From the NCBI GenBank assembly GCA_030390025.1, contig CM059425.1:168518001-168582000 (forward strand): DNA of 64,000 bases. The letters are read 5' to 3'. The notes beneath the pieces are model-generated. The model saw only the letters and a program-made list of their open reading frames with translations, made no database searches and was not told where the DNA came from. Position 1 is the first letter of the stretch. Each line of letters starts with the position of its first letter. This document shows, piece by piece, positions 1 to 11,930 of this stretch. The stretch is from Squalus acanthias (taxonomy: Eukaryota). Both the position numbers and the translations under genes were made by a program.

Positions 1-59
1 ACACACACAAATTGTGTTTGATTGGGTCAATTGCAGAAATCTTGGTCTCTCCTCTACTA

Positions 60-1395
60 ACTTAGCAAATGGGGACAGGATAGGACAGAGTCAACATGGA
101 TTTACAAAGGGTAAATCGTGCTTGACTAATCTATTGGAATTTTTTGAGGGAGTAACTGGTAAAATAGATGGGGGAGAGCCAGTAGATGTGGTGTACCTGG
201 ACTTCCAAAAGGCCTTCGACAAGGTCCCACATAAAAGATTTGCATGGAAAATTGAAGCTCATGGGATAAAGGGGAAAGTATTGACGTGGATAGAGAACTG
301 GCTGTCAGATAGAAAACAGAGAGTTGGAATAAACGGCTCATTTTCTGAATGGCAGGCAGCAACAAGTGGGGTACCGCAGGGATCTGTCCTGGGTCCCCAG
401 CTGTTCACAATTTACATTAATGACCTGGATCAGGGAGTCGGATGCAGCATTTCCAAATTTGCAGACGACACTAAACTAGGAGGGGGGGTGGGCTCAGAGG
501 AGGAGACCAGGAAGCTCCAGAGCGATTTGGACAGACTGGGTGATTGGGCGGATAAATGGCAGATGCACTATAATGTGGACAAGTGCGAAGTTATCCACCT
601 TGGGTGCAGGAACGGGAGGGCAAATTATTATTTAAATGGCAATAAATTGGGAGAGGGGGAAGTACAGAGAGACCTGGGTGTTCTTGTACACCAGTCACTG
701 AAGGCGAGCATGCAGGTGCAACAGGCGGTCAAGAAGGCAAACATGTATGCTGGCCTTCATAGCAAAAGGGTTGGAATACAGGAACAGGGATACCTTGCTG
801 CAGCTGTACAGGGCACTGGTGAGACCACACCTCGAGTACTGTGTACAGTTTTGGTCGCCTCATCTGAGGAAAGATGTTCTTGCCATGGAGGGGGTGCAGC
901 GGCGATTCACCAGGCTGATACCAGGAATGGCGGGATTGACCTATGAGGAGAGACTATGTAGTTTAGGGATGTACACACTGGAGTTTAGAAGATTGAGAGG
1001 GGACCTCATAGAAGTGTATAAAATTCTGACAGGTCTAGACAGACTAGATGCAGAAGGAATGTTTCCCTTGGCGGGTGAGAACAGAACTAGAGGACATAAT
1101 TTAAGGATAAGGGCTAAACCATTTAGGACAGAAATGAGGGGGAATTTCTTCACTCAGAGGGTGGTGAACCTGTGGAACTCCTTGCCACAGAGGGCAGTGT
1201 ACGCCAGCTCATTAAATATATTTAAGAGGGAATTAGATATATTTCTACAGGCAAAAGGGGTTAAGGGTTACGGAGAGAAGGCGGGGACGGGATACTGAAT
1301 TGGAGGATCAGCCATGATCTCATTAAATGGCGGAGCAGGCTCGAAGGGCCGGATGGCCTACTCCTGCTCCTATCTTCTATGTATCTATGTATCTA
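60..1395 (+). mobile_element. Young CR1 LINE, 5'-truncated (family A, copy 1); RT frameshifted near 743
   Basis: ORFs 14-946 and 747-1298 carry QHGF..KSCLTNL, YLDFQKAFDKVPH, GVPQGSVLGP, FADD and the CR1 C-terminus; the 3' UTR ends in (TATCTATG)n. Near-identical to 8089-9575. Confidence 0.95.
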
Positions 1396-1539
1396 ACAAG
1401 TTCCAGGAGACGATGGTGACTGGGTGACACATTTCCCCAATACCCCACTCAAGAACTCGTTCAGCTCCCTTTTTGAATGTTTGCAGCAAATCTTTTAAAA
1501 GTAAAAAGAAGCTGTGGTTGTCTGCTGCATTGCCGCTCA

Positions 1540-1736
1540 TGCGAACATACGGACAATGATGGATGGGAAAAGACCCTCTGGTCCATCCAGCCTGTCCCAC
1601 ACATTGTGATACCTTGTGTATCACAATATATACATCATCCATCTCACCTGAAATCATGTCATCTCTTGGGAGAGGCGAAGAAACATTAAAAACCCAAGCC
1701 AATTTGGGAGGGAAAAAATCTGGGAAATTCCTTTCC
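1540..1736 (-). mobile_element. 3' UTR fragment of an older CR1-type LINE
   Basis: The minus strand ends GGACAGGCTGGATGGACCAGAGGGTCTTTTCCCATCC..TATGTTCG, resembling a CR1 3' terminus; 10-bp hairpin at 1603-1627. Confidence 0.55.
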
Positions 1737-1783
1737 AACAGAGTTCTGACGAAAGGTCATCGACCTGAAACGTTAACTCTGTT
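1737..1783 (+). ncRNA. Minimal type I hammerhead ribozyme
   Basis: Helix I AACAGAGTT/AACTCTGTT (9 bp), core CTGACGA at 1746-1752, helix II AGGTC-ATC-GACCT, GAAA, palindromic ACGT, predicted cleavage after GUU (1774). Confidence 0.85.
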
Positions 1784-1871
1784 TCTCTCTCCACAGATGC
1801 TGCCAGACCTGCTGAGTAGTTCCAGCATTTTCTGCTTTTCAGATTTCCAGCATCTGCAGTATTTTGCTTTT
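1737..1871 (+). mobile_element. Short Penelope-like terminal-repeat copy (family B)
   Basis: Matches the reverse complement of 30673-30803, which is attached to a GIY-YIG remnant. Confidence 0.85.
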
Positions 1872-2925
1872 GTCCTTTGTATCAACCTGCTTGAAGTGTT
1901 CTTACTTGCTTATTCACAATTCAAACATTAATTTGGACTGGAATCAATATTCATTAGTGCTTCATTTGCACAATTCAGAAATGGCCAAATTTCTAGTAGA
2001 CATATTAGATAATAGCATACTGGTATGGTATTACTATGCAGATCGAAACCAGGAGGCAAAACTATTGCATTGTTGAGTATTTTGCACATGCTATCAATCG
2101 AAACAACTGGAATACTAGAGACTTGGTGGAGCAAAACTTGCACTACATTGCCACCTCCAGTACAACTTCCATTTCCTTTGGTCAATGTAGATTAGGAGTC
2201 TGTGTGGATTTAGGAGTTGTGGGTTTCCTCTTCAATCCCTGTACATTGTTTATTTAAGATGCATATTTTCAGCATAAAAGCAAGGGCTTAGGGTATCTTC
2301 AGATATTCAGTTAAGCTGGATGAGGAATAAAATGTGAGAACTGTAGCATGTTGAACCCATAGTGGGTGTGGGGGGTAGGACTAGAAGTACTGGTGGCTTT
2401 ACCATTTTATAGGAACAGTCCTGGTGTTAACCTAAGACTTGTTAGCTTTTCTAACAAGAGGGCTTTACTAGACTAACTTTGCTCAGTGAGAACAGTTCTT
2501 TATTATAAAATGAGCCAGTCAGAAAGGTGCTTGGCGAAACATTTTCTGTTGATTTTAGTATTTTGAGGTAATTACTGTACCTTATGTGCTAAAACAAAGA
2601 GCTGTTCTGTATTTTAGTTTCTTGCAGAACTGTGTTTGCTGTTTAGTCTGGGAAGTGTATTGAATTGTAATTTTTCTTAAATGTTGCAAATGGAGTAAGT
2701 ATAAAAAATTTGCTAACCCTTGCTCCTGTGAACATGAAGATAAATCAGGCTGTTTGCTTATCCTATGCCATGTATAGACAGCAAGCAATTCGAGCAGTCT
2801 GGCAGTATATCTCTGTTGTGATCTGGAGTGGATAATTTGGCATCAGACCAAATTCCTGTTCATCTGGCATAATGTGAGTGGCAGGTAGCTTCTAGGTATA
2901 AGCAACATTGAAACTTTACTTAAGA

Positions 2926-3059
2926 CAAAAGCAAAATACTGCGGATGCTGGAAATCTGAAGTAAAAACAGAAAATGCTGGCAACGCACAGCAGGCCAGGC
3001 AGCATCTGAAGAGAGAAATAGAGTTAACATTTCAGGTCGATGACTCTTTCATCAGAACT
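2926..3059 (-). mobile_element. Short PLE family B terminal-repeat copy with a decayed hammerhead
   Basis: The minus strand reads AGTT-CTGATGA-AAGAGTCATCGACCT-GAAATGTT-AACT; CpG decay breaks the ACGT palindrome. Confidence 0.8.
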
Positions 3060-3194
3060 TTACTTAAGAATTTGCCATGGATCTGTGGAAATTGTTTTTC
3101 ACCTGCTTTAGATTATTTTTTTGCATTATTTTCCCTTATGACAGAACATGATCTAGGTATGCAGGGCTCCTCCTATGGCTGTAGGATCTGTCTT

Positions 3195-3810
3195 TGTTAA
3201 ACATTGGGAAGACTGACGCCATTGTCTTCAGTCTTTGCTACAAACTCCTTACCACCAATTCCATCTCCCTGTCTGCTACTGTCTCAGGCTTAATGAGCCT
3301 GTTCGCAACCTCTATATTTGATCCTGAGCTAAGCTTCTGACTCCATATCCTCTCCATTACAAAGGCTGGATACTAACATTGTCCACCATACCTCAGCTCA
3401 TCTGCTGCTGAAATTCTCATTCATGCCTTTGTCACCTCCAGACATGACTATTCCAATACTCTCCTGACTGGCCTCCACCTATGTAAACTTCAGCTCATCC
3501 AAAACTTGCCCATATTCTATCCCAAAGTTTGACTCTGGCCTCTTGTGAATTCTCACTCTGCCCCCTTCTCCCCCTCCCCTCCCCTCCCCCTTTCCTTCAG
3601 CTCACCATTGCTGCCTAGGCCTCACACTCTGGAATTCCCTCCCTAAACCCATCCCCTCTCCACCTCTTCTCCTTTTAAGACCTTCCTTTAGAATCCACCT
3701 CTTTGGCCCCACCTAATATCTCCTCCTTTGGCTCAGTGATCATTTTTTTGATTACAGGATTGAAGCACCTTGGGATTTTTTTGCTGTTAAAAGCACTGTA
3801 TAAATACACT
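3195..3810 (+). mobile_element. Old L2-type LINE 3' fragment
   Basis: Degenerate NIGKT / LIHAFVTSR-DYSN coding remnant and a 3' end GAAGCACCTTGGGA..TTAAAAGCACTGTATAAAT; homologous to 37012-37801. Confidence 0.75.
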
Positions 3811-4124
3811 CCTTGTTTTATGGCTGTCTGGAGGAAGAGCTCTCCAAGTGCTTGGAATTACTGACTGGTTGAGCCAGTATGTCTATTATATCTTTTTAAA
3901 ATATATCTATACAAGATATTACTGCAAGTCACACTTCTGTTATGCCCATAGTACTTTATACAAATATCTTATTCATTATGAATGGACCTGTTCAATTTAG
4001 GACATAAAATGTTTTACAAATTATGACTTTAGTAAGTGTGGATTGTGTACTTAGCTATCTATTATCTTAGTTTTCCAGGCAATATGTGGTATATGACCGG
4101 TGTTCCCTCATGCTTCCCAACACT

Positions 4125-4470
4125 TCCCTACTTTATCTGAATCAGAAAGATCTGGATTCAAGTCCCACTCCAAAGACTTGAGCGCATAAGTTAGGCTGAT
4201 TGTTTAGTGCAGTACTGAGTGAGTGCCACACTGTTTGAGATGCTGTCTTTTGGATCAGATGTTAAATCGATGCCCCGTCTCCCTTCTCCGGTGGGCGTAA
4301 AAGATCTCATGGCACTATTCGAAGAAGAGCAGGTGAGTTTTTCTGATGTCCTGGCCAACACCACTTAAATAGATTATCTGATCAAGTATTGCATTGCTGT
4401 TTATCGGACCTTGCTGTGTGTAAATTAGCTGCTGCATTTGCCTACATTATAACAGTAACTACACTTAAAA
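4125..4470 (+). mobile_element. tRNA-derived Deu-domain SINE (SacSINE1-like)
   Basis: B-box-like GGATTCAAGTCCC, then GTCTTTTGGATCAGATGTTAAA..GTAAAAGATCTCATGGCACTATTCGAAGAAGAGCAG, shared with copies at 7751, 43704 and 44066. Confidence 0.8.
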
Positions 4471-4477
4471 GGCTATA

Positions 4478-4650
4478 AAAAGCAAAATAGTGCAGATGCT
4501 AGAAATCTGAAATGTAAATAGAAAATTCTGGAAACACTCGGCAGGTCAGGCAGCATTTATGGAGGGAGGAAGATAGGGTTAACGTTTCTAATGACCTTTC
4601 GTCAGAACTGATTCTGACTGGCTGAGTGTTTGTAGCATTTTCTATGCTTA
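4478..4650 (-). mobile_element. Short PLE family B copy (helix II partly deleted) with an inverted fragment at 4611-4650
   Basis: The minus strand reads CAGTT-CTGACGA-AAGGTCATTA-GAAACGTT-AACC; the adjacent CTGACTGGCTGAGTGTTTGTAGCATTTTCT is the same repeat in opposite orientation. Confidence 0.75.
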
Positions 4651-5785
4651 AAAGAATGTTGTTCTATCATATTTTAATGCATGCACAAATCTTTTAAGAA
4701 CTATCTTCCCATTAAAAGTCCATTTCCACCCCACAAAGCATTCCAATTTATTTTCCCTCTGCAGTGTTGTACCTGCTCTGATGCTTGTACATAGTCACAA
4801 GAGAGCTGTCCTTGTTTTGAAAAGTAATCCAATGTTGGAATCTTAGTTTTAGAATGTAATTTAATTTTTACAGTTGCTCATGCTGTGATTTCTTAAGGGG
4901 TTGTGTCAGTATATCTTTGTATACCGAGTCATTTAGAATAACAACCTAAATTTAGAGAAGCTGAAGGAAATGAGACTTAATTTTAAACTCCCTTGCTATA
5001 TACATGTTTTTTTAACCCCTCTGCATTGTCGAAATGGGAGGGGATAACATACTGTCAGTTTATGCTCCATTTGCTTTTGGATAACTATGTAAATAACTTG
5101 GAACATGACTAAATTTAATCTTGCAATATTTACAGGGTTAGTTAAGCCCTAATGATCAAGGAGTTCAAATGTTGAATACTAAGCATTGTTTGTGGAGATT
5201 TTGCGAACTTAAGGTTGCATTTTAAATATCCATAAAACAATTAACTTTTTGTCAATGTTCTGAAGACATTAGTACTTAAAGTGTGTTCATTTGCACTAGC
5301 AGCCCAATGTACACTGGCCTTAATGTCGGCCGAATATAGCCTCTTGCTCTGGTGTTTATATAGTGCAGTGTGGTTCTAAATGTTGAGAATTCATATATTG
5401 TTTACTCAGCAGTCGAGTTCTCTAGATAGATGTTTCCTTTCTGTAATGCAAGAGATGTATATTAAAATTTAAATTAAATGGCTTGATCTATAGTAAAGAA
5501 AATTACTGATTATGCTGAGGCTGTCCAGGAAGGAATTGGAAGGTGGGCAGATGATGATCATGAACAAGATATTAAAACCTTTTGATATTTTGCTCAATTA
5601 ACAATGCTTTTGGTAAATGATTCCAGATTGTGATAAATTTGTGCAGAAAACTGACTTGTATATAGTTGCAATTCATTCTGAGGCACAGAAGACCTCCTTT
5701 ACCTGCCCTGATATATTCTTGTGAAATACTTTCCACGGGGGTACAGTTTTTCCTGCCTTGGTCAGTGGAAATGTTTATATATTGT

Positions 5786-5925
5786 AACTCCCGCCATTGT
5801 GGGAGCTCTGTCACTACAATGACTGCAGTGGTTCAAGGAGAGAACCATCGCGACCTTGGGGCAAGGAAATAGGCAATAAATGCAAAAGCAAAATACCGCG
5901 GATGCTGGAAATCTGAAATAAAAAA
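5786..5925. mobile_element. LINE 3' tail fragment (+, family of 27078) followed by a PLE family B end fragment (-)
   Basis: ACTGCAGTGGTTCAAG..GGCAATAAATGC, then AAAAGCAAAATACCGCGGATGCTGGAAATCTGAAATAAAA. Confidence 0.6.
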
Positions 5926-6033
5926 GAAATTAGAAATTAAGCAATAACTGCATCCTTGCAAGCGGCAGCCATATCTCGAGGAAAATTAAAAAACAATGTT
6001 GAGAAAAGTAAAATGAATTCATTAAGATATTAT

Positions 6034-7747
6034 GGGCTTGATTTTGCCAGCGCTCAGAGCGGGTTTGTAGGCGGGTCCACTGTCAAAATAGCAAAGATTG
6101 ACCGGGTAGGAAACCCGCTGTCAACCTGCCTCCACACAAGTCGTTAGCGGAGAACTAACCCGACACCAAGCGGCGGGGGAGACAATTAAGCTCATTAAAT
6201 GGCTTGTTAAGAGCCAATTAATGGTATTTTGAGGCTTCCTTTCAATTTTATGTACTCCCCCAAGGGTTACCCGCTGCTCGAGGAACACGCCAGCTAACCT
6301 GGCGTGAGTTGAGTCTGCTCTGATGTATCTGATAAGCTGACAGCTGCAGAAGTGGTTTAAAGGATGCCATGTTGCAGATGGTGAGTTTGAGTGCAGAAAC
6401 TGTTGGATACTGCATTTGTAAGACATATAGAGATTTCTTTAGCTTGCAAGTGTTTAAAGCCAACTCTATATCCAGTACCACCTCATTGGAACAACCTCTC
6501 TCACCATTGACAGAGCGCTTCTGTCATCTCACCTGCAGCTGACATCTATTGCAGCAACATCGGTGCCCTTGAAACTATCTCACCTTGCTCCTCTGATTCC
6601 TTCCACGATCAGCCCCAACACCAACATCACCAACCTTCTCCGCCATCCCCTGATGCTGCACAGGACATGGCATCAGCCACTGACAACATTGCTGCCTGGG
6701 AGGACATTGATGGCATCACCATGGCCAGATTTACTTCACTTGATGCTGTAAACCCTGGCTGCTACATGATGACACCATCCCACACCAGCACCGTAAAGCA
6801 TCCCTTCAATGTCCAAGCCATTCCATGCACACACATCACTATAGCGGGGTTGGGGGAGTTATGTCTCAACATTCACTGGAAGTCAGTAAGACACTTCTCA
6901 AGGTGCGCACAGATCTGTCCAATAAGGGGCAGTGTTGAATATATAGATTTCACTATGATAACACTTCACATGAACATTGGCTGAACCTTTCAAGTGCCTA
7001 CCCTTGTGTGTTGTTAGTTGGTATGCTTGCAGTAGGATGAGGGTGAGTGTGAGGGGTGGCTAGTAAGATGGGGAACTGATAATGTAGATAGAGGGGGATG
7101 GGTGGAGATGCAAGGTAAGTTGGTGTGAGTAAGGATGTGCAGGCGAAGGGTAGGGAAGGCAGAGTGATGGGCATGTGTTGTGTGGCACAGCAGGGTGAGT
7201 TTGAGTGTGGCTTTGCAGTAACGTTTTGTGATCCACTGAGATCATTGAAAGGTTGGCGCCACTGCAGCCAGGGACTCCTGACGACATCCCTGCTTTTGCC
7301 CTCCTGCACAATGTGCAACCAGGCTGCGTTGGTGTCCAGGGTGAGCTGGCGTGTTCCCCGAGCAGCGTGTAACCCTTGGGGGGAGTACGTAAAATTGAAA
7401 GGATAACATGGTTATCAAAGTAATCATTGGAGAGCCTGTGTGCAACTGTCCACCTTTGTGCAGTGCTTGTCAGTGTTTGCAGCACCTCCGTGCTGTCAAA
7501 CACTGACAGAACAACTGTCAAACTCAATGTGGCCGTGGTCCCTTTAAGGAAACCGGCTAATGACACGTCATCAAATGACGTCATCAGGCCAGCTTCCTGT
7601 TAATTGGCTGGGAAGCCTGCAGGGCGGGCTTAACAAGGCCAATCAAGGGAAAATCCCGTTGACAGAGCGGCTGCAGCTGGGAGCAGGACCGGAACCCGGC
7701 AAACAGCTATCCCGCCACCACCCGACACCGCTGAAAAAATCCAGCCC
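6034..7747. mobile_element. Non-autonomous PIF/Harbinger DNA transposon, copy 1
   Basis: Terminal inverted repeats (TIRs) GGGCTTGATTTT / AAAATCCAGCCC, flanks TAT/TAA. Minus-strand Myb/SANT-like remnant (RSPWLQWRQPFNDL). Colinear with 59294-61913. Confidence 0.85.
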
Positions 7748-7750
7748 TAA

Positions 7751-8010
7751 GTGTCAGCCTTGGCTCGGTGGTACCTCTCTCGCCTCTGAATCAGAAGGTT
7801 GTGGGTTCAGGCCCCATTCCAGAGACCTGAGCACATAATCTAAGTTGACATCAGTGCAGTACTGAGGGAGTGTTGTGCTGTCTGAGGTGCCATCTTTTGG
7901 ATGAGATATTAAACTGAGGCCTTGTCTGCTCTCTCAAGTGGTTGTAAAAGATCCCATGACACTGAGCAGGGAGTTCTCCTGGTGCCTAACCAATATTTAT
8001 CCCTCAACCA
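7751..8010 (+). mobile_element. Deu-domain SINE, 3'-truncated
   Basis: A-box-like TGGCTCGGTGG, B-box-like GGTTCAGGCC, followed by the shared central domain. Confidence 0.8.
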
Positions 8011-8088
8011 GTATGGCAATACTCTGTGGTTGAGCCAGACCTGGCAATGGATGACCAGACCAGATGCATAGCAGGTATGCTAAAGTTT

Positions 8089-9575
8089 ATGGTTCTGCCC
8101 ATGGATTGGAGGGTAGCTAACGTTACCCCACTATTCAAAAAGGGGGGTAGGGAAAAAGCAGGTAATTACAGACCTGTAAGCCTTACATCAGTTGTGGGCA
8201 AAATGCTGGAGTCCATCATTAAGGATGAAATAGCGGAGCACTTAGCAAATGGGGACAGGATAGGACAGAGTCAACATGGATTTACAAAGGGTAAATCGTG
8301 CTTGACTAACCTATTGGAATTTTTTGAGGGAGTAACTGGTAAAATAGATGAGGGAGAGCCAGTAGATGTGGTGTACCTGGACTTCCAAAAGGCCTTCGAT
8401 AAGGTCCCACATAAAAGATTAGCATGGAAAATTGAAGCTCATGGGATAAAGGGGAAAGTATTGACGTGGATAGAGAACTGGCTGTCAGATAGAAAACAGA
8501 GAGTTGGAATAAACGGCTCATTTTCTGAATGGCAGGCAGTAACAAGTGGGGTACCACAGGATCTGTCCTGGGTCCCCAGCTGTTCACAATTTACATTAAT
8601 GACCTGGATCAGGGAGTCGGATGCAGCATTTCCAAATTTGCAGACGACACCAAACTAGGAGGGGGGGTGGGCTCAGAGGAGGAGATCAGGAAGCTCCAGA
8701 GCGATTTGGACAGACTGGGTGATTGGGCGGATAAATGGCAGATGCACTATAATGTGGACAAGTGCGAAGTTATCCACCTTGGGTGCAGGAACGGGAGGGC
8801 AAATTATTATTTAAATGGCAATAAATTGGGAGAGGGGGAAGTACAGAGAGACCTGGGTGTTCTTGTACACCAGTCACTGAAGGCAAGCATGCAGGTGCAA
8901 CAGGCGGTCAAGAAGGCAAACGGTATGCTGGCCTTCATAGCAAAAGGGTTGGAATACAGGAACAGGGATACCTTGCTGCAGCTGTACAGGGCACTGGTGA
9001 GACCACACCTCGAGTACTGTGTACAGTTTTGGTCGCCTCATCTGAGGAAAGATGTTCTTGCCATGGAGGGGGTGCAGCGGCGATTCACCAGGCTGATACC
9101 AGGAATGGCGGGATTGACCTATGAGGAGAGACTATGTAGTTTAGGGATGTACACACTGGAGTTTAGAAGATTGAGAGGGGACCTCATAGAAGTGTATAAA
9201 ATTCTGACAGGTCTAGACAGACTAGATGCAGAAGGAATGTTTCCCTTGGCGGGTGAGAACAGAACTAGAGGACATAATTTAAGGATAAGGGCTAAACCAT
9301 TTAGGACAGAAATGAGGGGAAATTTCTTCACTCAAAGAGTGGTGAACCTGTGGAACTCATTGCCACAGAGGGCAGTGTACGCCAGCTCATTAAATATATT
9401 TAAGAGGGAATTAGATATATTTCTACAGGCAAAAGGGGTTAAGGGTTACGGAGAGAAGGCGGGGACGGGATACTGAATTGGAGGATCAGCCATGATCACA
9501 TTAAATGGCGGAGCAGGCTCGAAGGGCCGGATGGCCTACTCCTGCTCCTATCTTCTATGTATCTATGTATCTATG
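8089..9575 (+). mobile_element. Young CR1 LINE (family A, copy 2); 1-bp deletion in the GVPQG codons near 8558
   Basis: ORFs 8026-8658 and 8529-9476 give DWRVANVTPLFKKG..NYRPVSLTS through the RT and C-terminus; (TATCTATG)n tail. Confidence 0.95.
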
Positions 9576-11180
9576 ACGAGGGAGCGAAGCTGGGGTCTGT
9601 AAACCAGTAAATATAAGTAGGCAGAGAATTAATATTTACTGACTATGGTGAGTGAAAACGCTAGCAATAAGAAGCTTGCGATTAGTAATATGGAAAAGAG
9701 GTTGGATATGGTTTACCTTTCATGCTGCAAAATAAGTTCTGATTAGTAGTAGATTATTTAATTTATTAATTAGTACAGTCAGTAATTTACAGAAAATTAT
9801 ACCTTGTGTGTAGTGCTCCGTCTGTCATTTTTGGATGTGATATTGGTCTTTTTATAAAGGGCTTGATATATTCTGTAATGCCTCGATAAAGAATGGAAAC
9901 TAGTTGTGTGAAAACCTTTTGGATTGAACAATGCAGCCTCCCTTACAAGACAGATTTATTATAATTGAATGCAATCAAGTCATTAGTTGTAGTCTCTTAA
10001 AAAGCAGCTGTAATTCAAGCATTCATTCCTGCAGCTGCCTGATGTTTATCCATATACAGTACCAAGGAATAAACGGTAACAGAGCTGCATCCATAACACT
10101 ATTTTATTTCACTAACTCTCTGCATGTAAAGATAACATGGTTATCAAAGTAATTATCGCACTGCCTACAACAACTTCATGATTAGCAGTATAATTCAATT
10201 TATTGACTAAATTCACCTTAATGTATTGTAACTTTCAGTTTAGCATTAAAGTCTTTATCTTAGTTGTATAGAGATAATTATGTTCTCTGTGTAAGTCTGT
10301 GATGCTGATGAAATGGCCTGCGACCTTTTTAACTCTCGACATGATTACACTGTCAAATTAAACAAATCTGTTTCTGCAGCATTTTGGTTTTCCTTCCTGT
10401 CCCACACCCTGTATGATCGTCTTTCATTTCTGGTTCATCAAATATCTTCTGTTTATTTTCCTATGTTCATATATATCTCATTTACACTATATTTCTTATA
10501 CCTTGAGGATTTAATTACTGGATTAACTTGCTTTACTAATTCCTAAGCTCCTCGTTAGAATAAATTGAGTTGAATCTCTCAACTCACTTTCTTTCTTGAA
10601 AGTAACTTACTCCTTTGACTGTGTTTAATAAGCTAAGACAAAAACTACCTTTCTTGCACCGAAGATCAAACAAAAATTCAGCCAATCATTTCTCCAAGAT
10701 TGGAATATTTCCTTCAGCCCGTGTATCTGATGCTGTCAATACCAAACAGTCAAGGGTTGACCTCAACTGACAACAGAGGCCATCCGTTCTGATTTCACAG
10801 GAAGGGTCTCCTTATAAGGACTTATTATTTACTGTCAACGTCAAAGAGAAAGCTTTTGGTTTGCTTTGTCCGAAGGCTTTCTCAGGAACTATACCAATTT
10901 AGGTGCTTAGCAGTTAGGAAATGTTTCCAAAGTTGAATATATCCAAACTTTTTTATTTAACTTTGCTGCCTTTGTCACTTTATTCTACTGACTTGCCTTT
11001 CAGTATTAGTACTTGAAGTATGAATAGTCGTGCACTGAATGAATTTTAACTCTATTCTATGGATTTCAATTCTAATTCTTTCTACATTCCAGCAAATAAC
11101 AAGGTTTTGATAGGATTATCACAAAAACATTTTCCAGGATTTTTATTACCTTTGGTTTATTTGTAGGCCTGGAAGATAGT

Positions 11181-11930
11181 GACCTGGATTTTGTGGTGGG
11201 TAATGACGGAGAACTGACAACGTTCGCTGTCATTACCCCTTTGAAACTGACCGCAACTTTAGGATTTAGCGCATGCGCATCTAAACGCGGAAATCCTGAA
11301 GTTGTGGTCAGTCATTCACTGCTCCAACACAGGATGCACTGTGGACACCACCCGCCCCCCCCCCCATAGCCGACAATCAGTGGAACTGACGAAAACTTGA
11401 GCTTTCCCATGCTAAAATCGCTGTTAAATACCCCATTAAATGTTGAGCCTTGTTGGAATAGGTGTAACTGGGGTTTTAACAGCGAATTTACTGCTGAACA
11501 GCTGTTCTGGCCATGAAAAACTTATTTTTATGTTTGTGTAATGTTAAATTTCTCCATTATGATAAAAATTACAATTTATTTTTTTAAATAAAAAAAATAA
11601 TGTTCATGGTATTTCAGTTTCTATCTTTATATCCATGTGAAAGTCCCAATCTTATTTCTCTCTCTAACATTTTTAAAAAGTGAGGATTAAAGCTGCTTTT
11701 TATTTCCTGGTTTGCTGTCTGAGAATCCTTCAATGTGATTGGCTGCTTAGACAGCTTGTTGACGTCACTGCAGCATTGCCATAAGAATCCCCTATTCACA
11801 GTGCTGCAATCAATTACAAGTCGAGAAACCTCAAGTTTTCGCCACAGAGATTGCAAGATTTCTGTGGGCATATTTCTTCGAGGTCAGCGGCGAGTAGCTT
11901 TGCTTCGCCGCTGACCGCAAATTACAGGCA
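11181..11930. mobile_element. MITE, Harbinger-group-like
   Basis: Imperfect TIRs GACCTGGATTTTGTGGT / ACCGCAAATTACAGGCA, AT-rich centre, perfect 12-bp subterminal hairpin at 11882-11916. Confidence 0.65.

Noticed and set aside
7751..7825. tRNA genes at SINE heads
   Set aside because: Only A/B-box remnants with no full cloverleaf, continuous with the SINE body.
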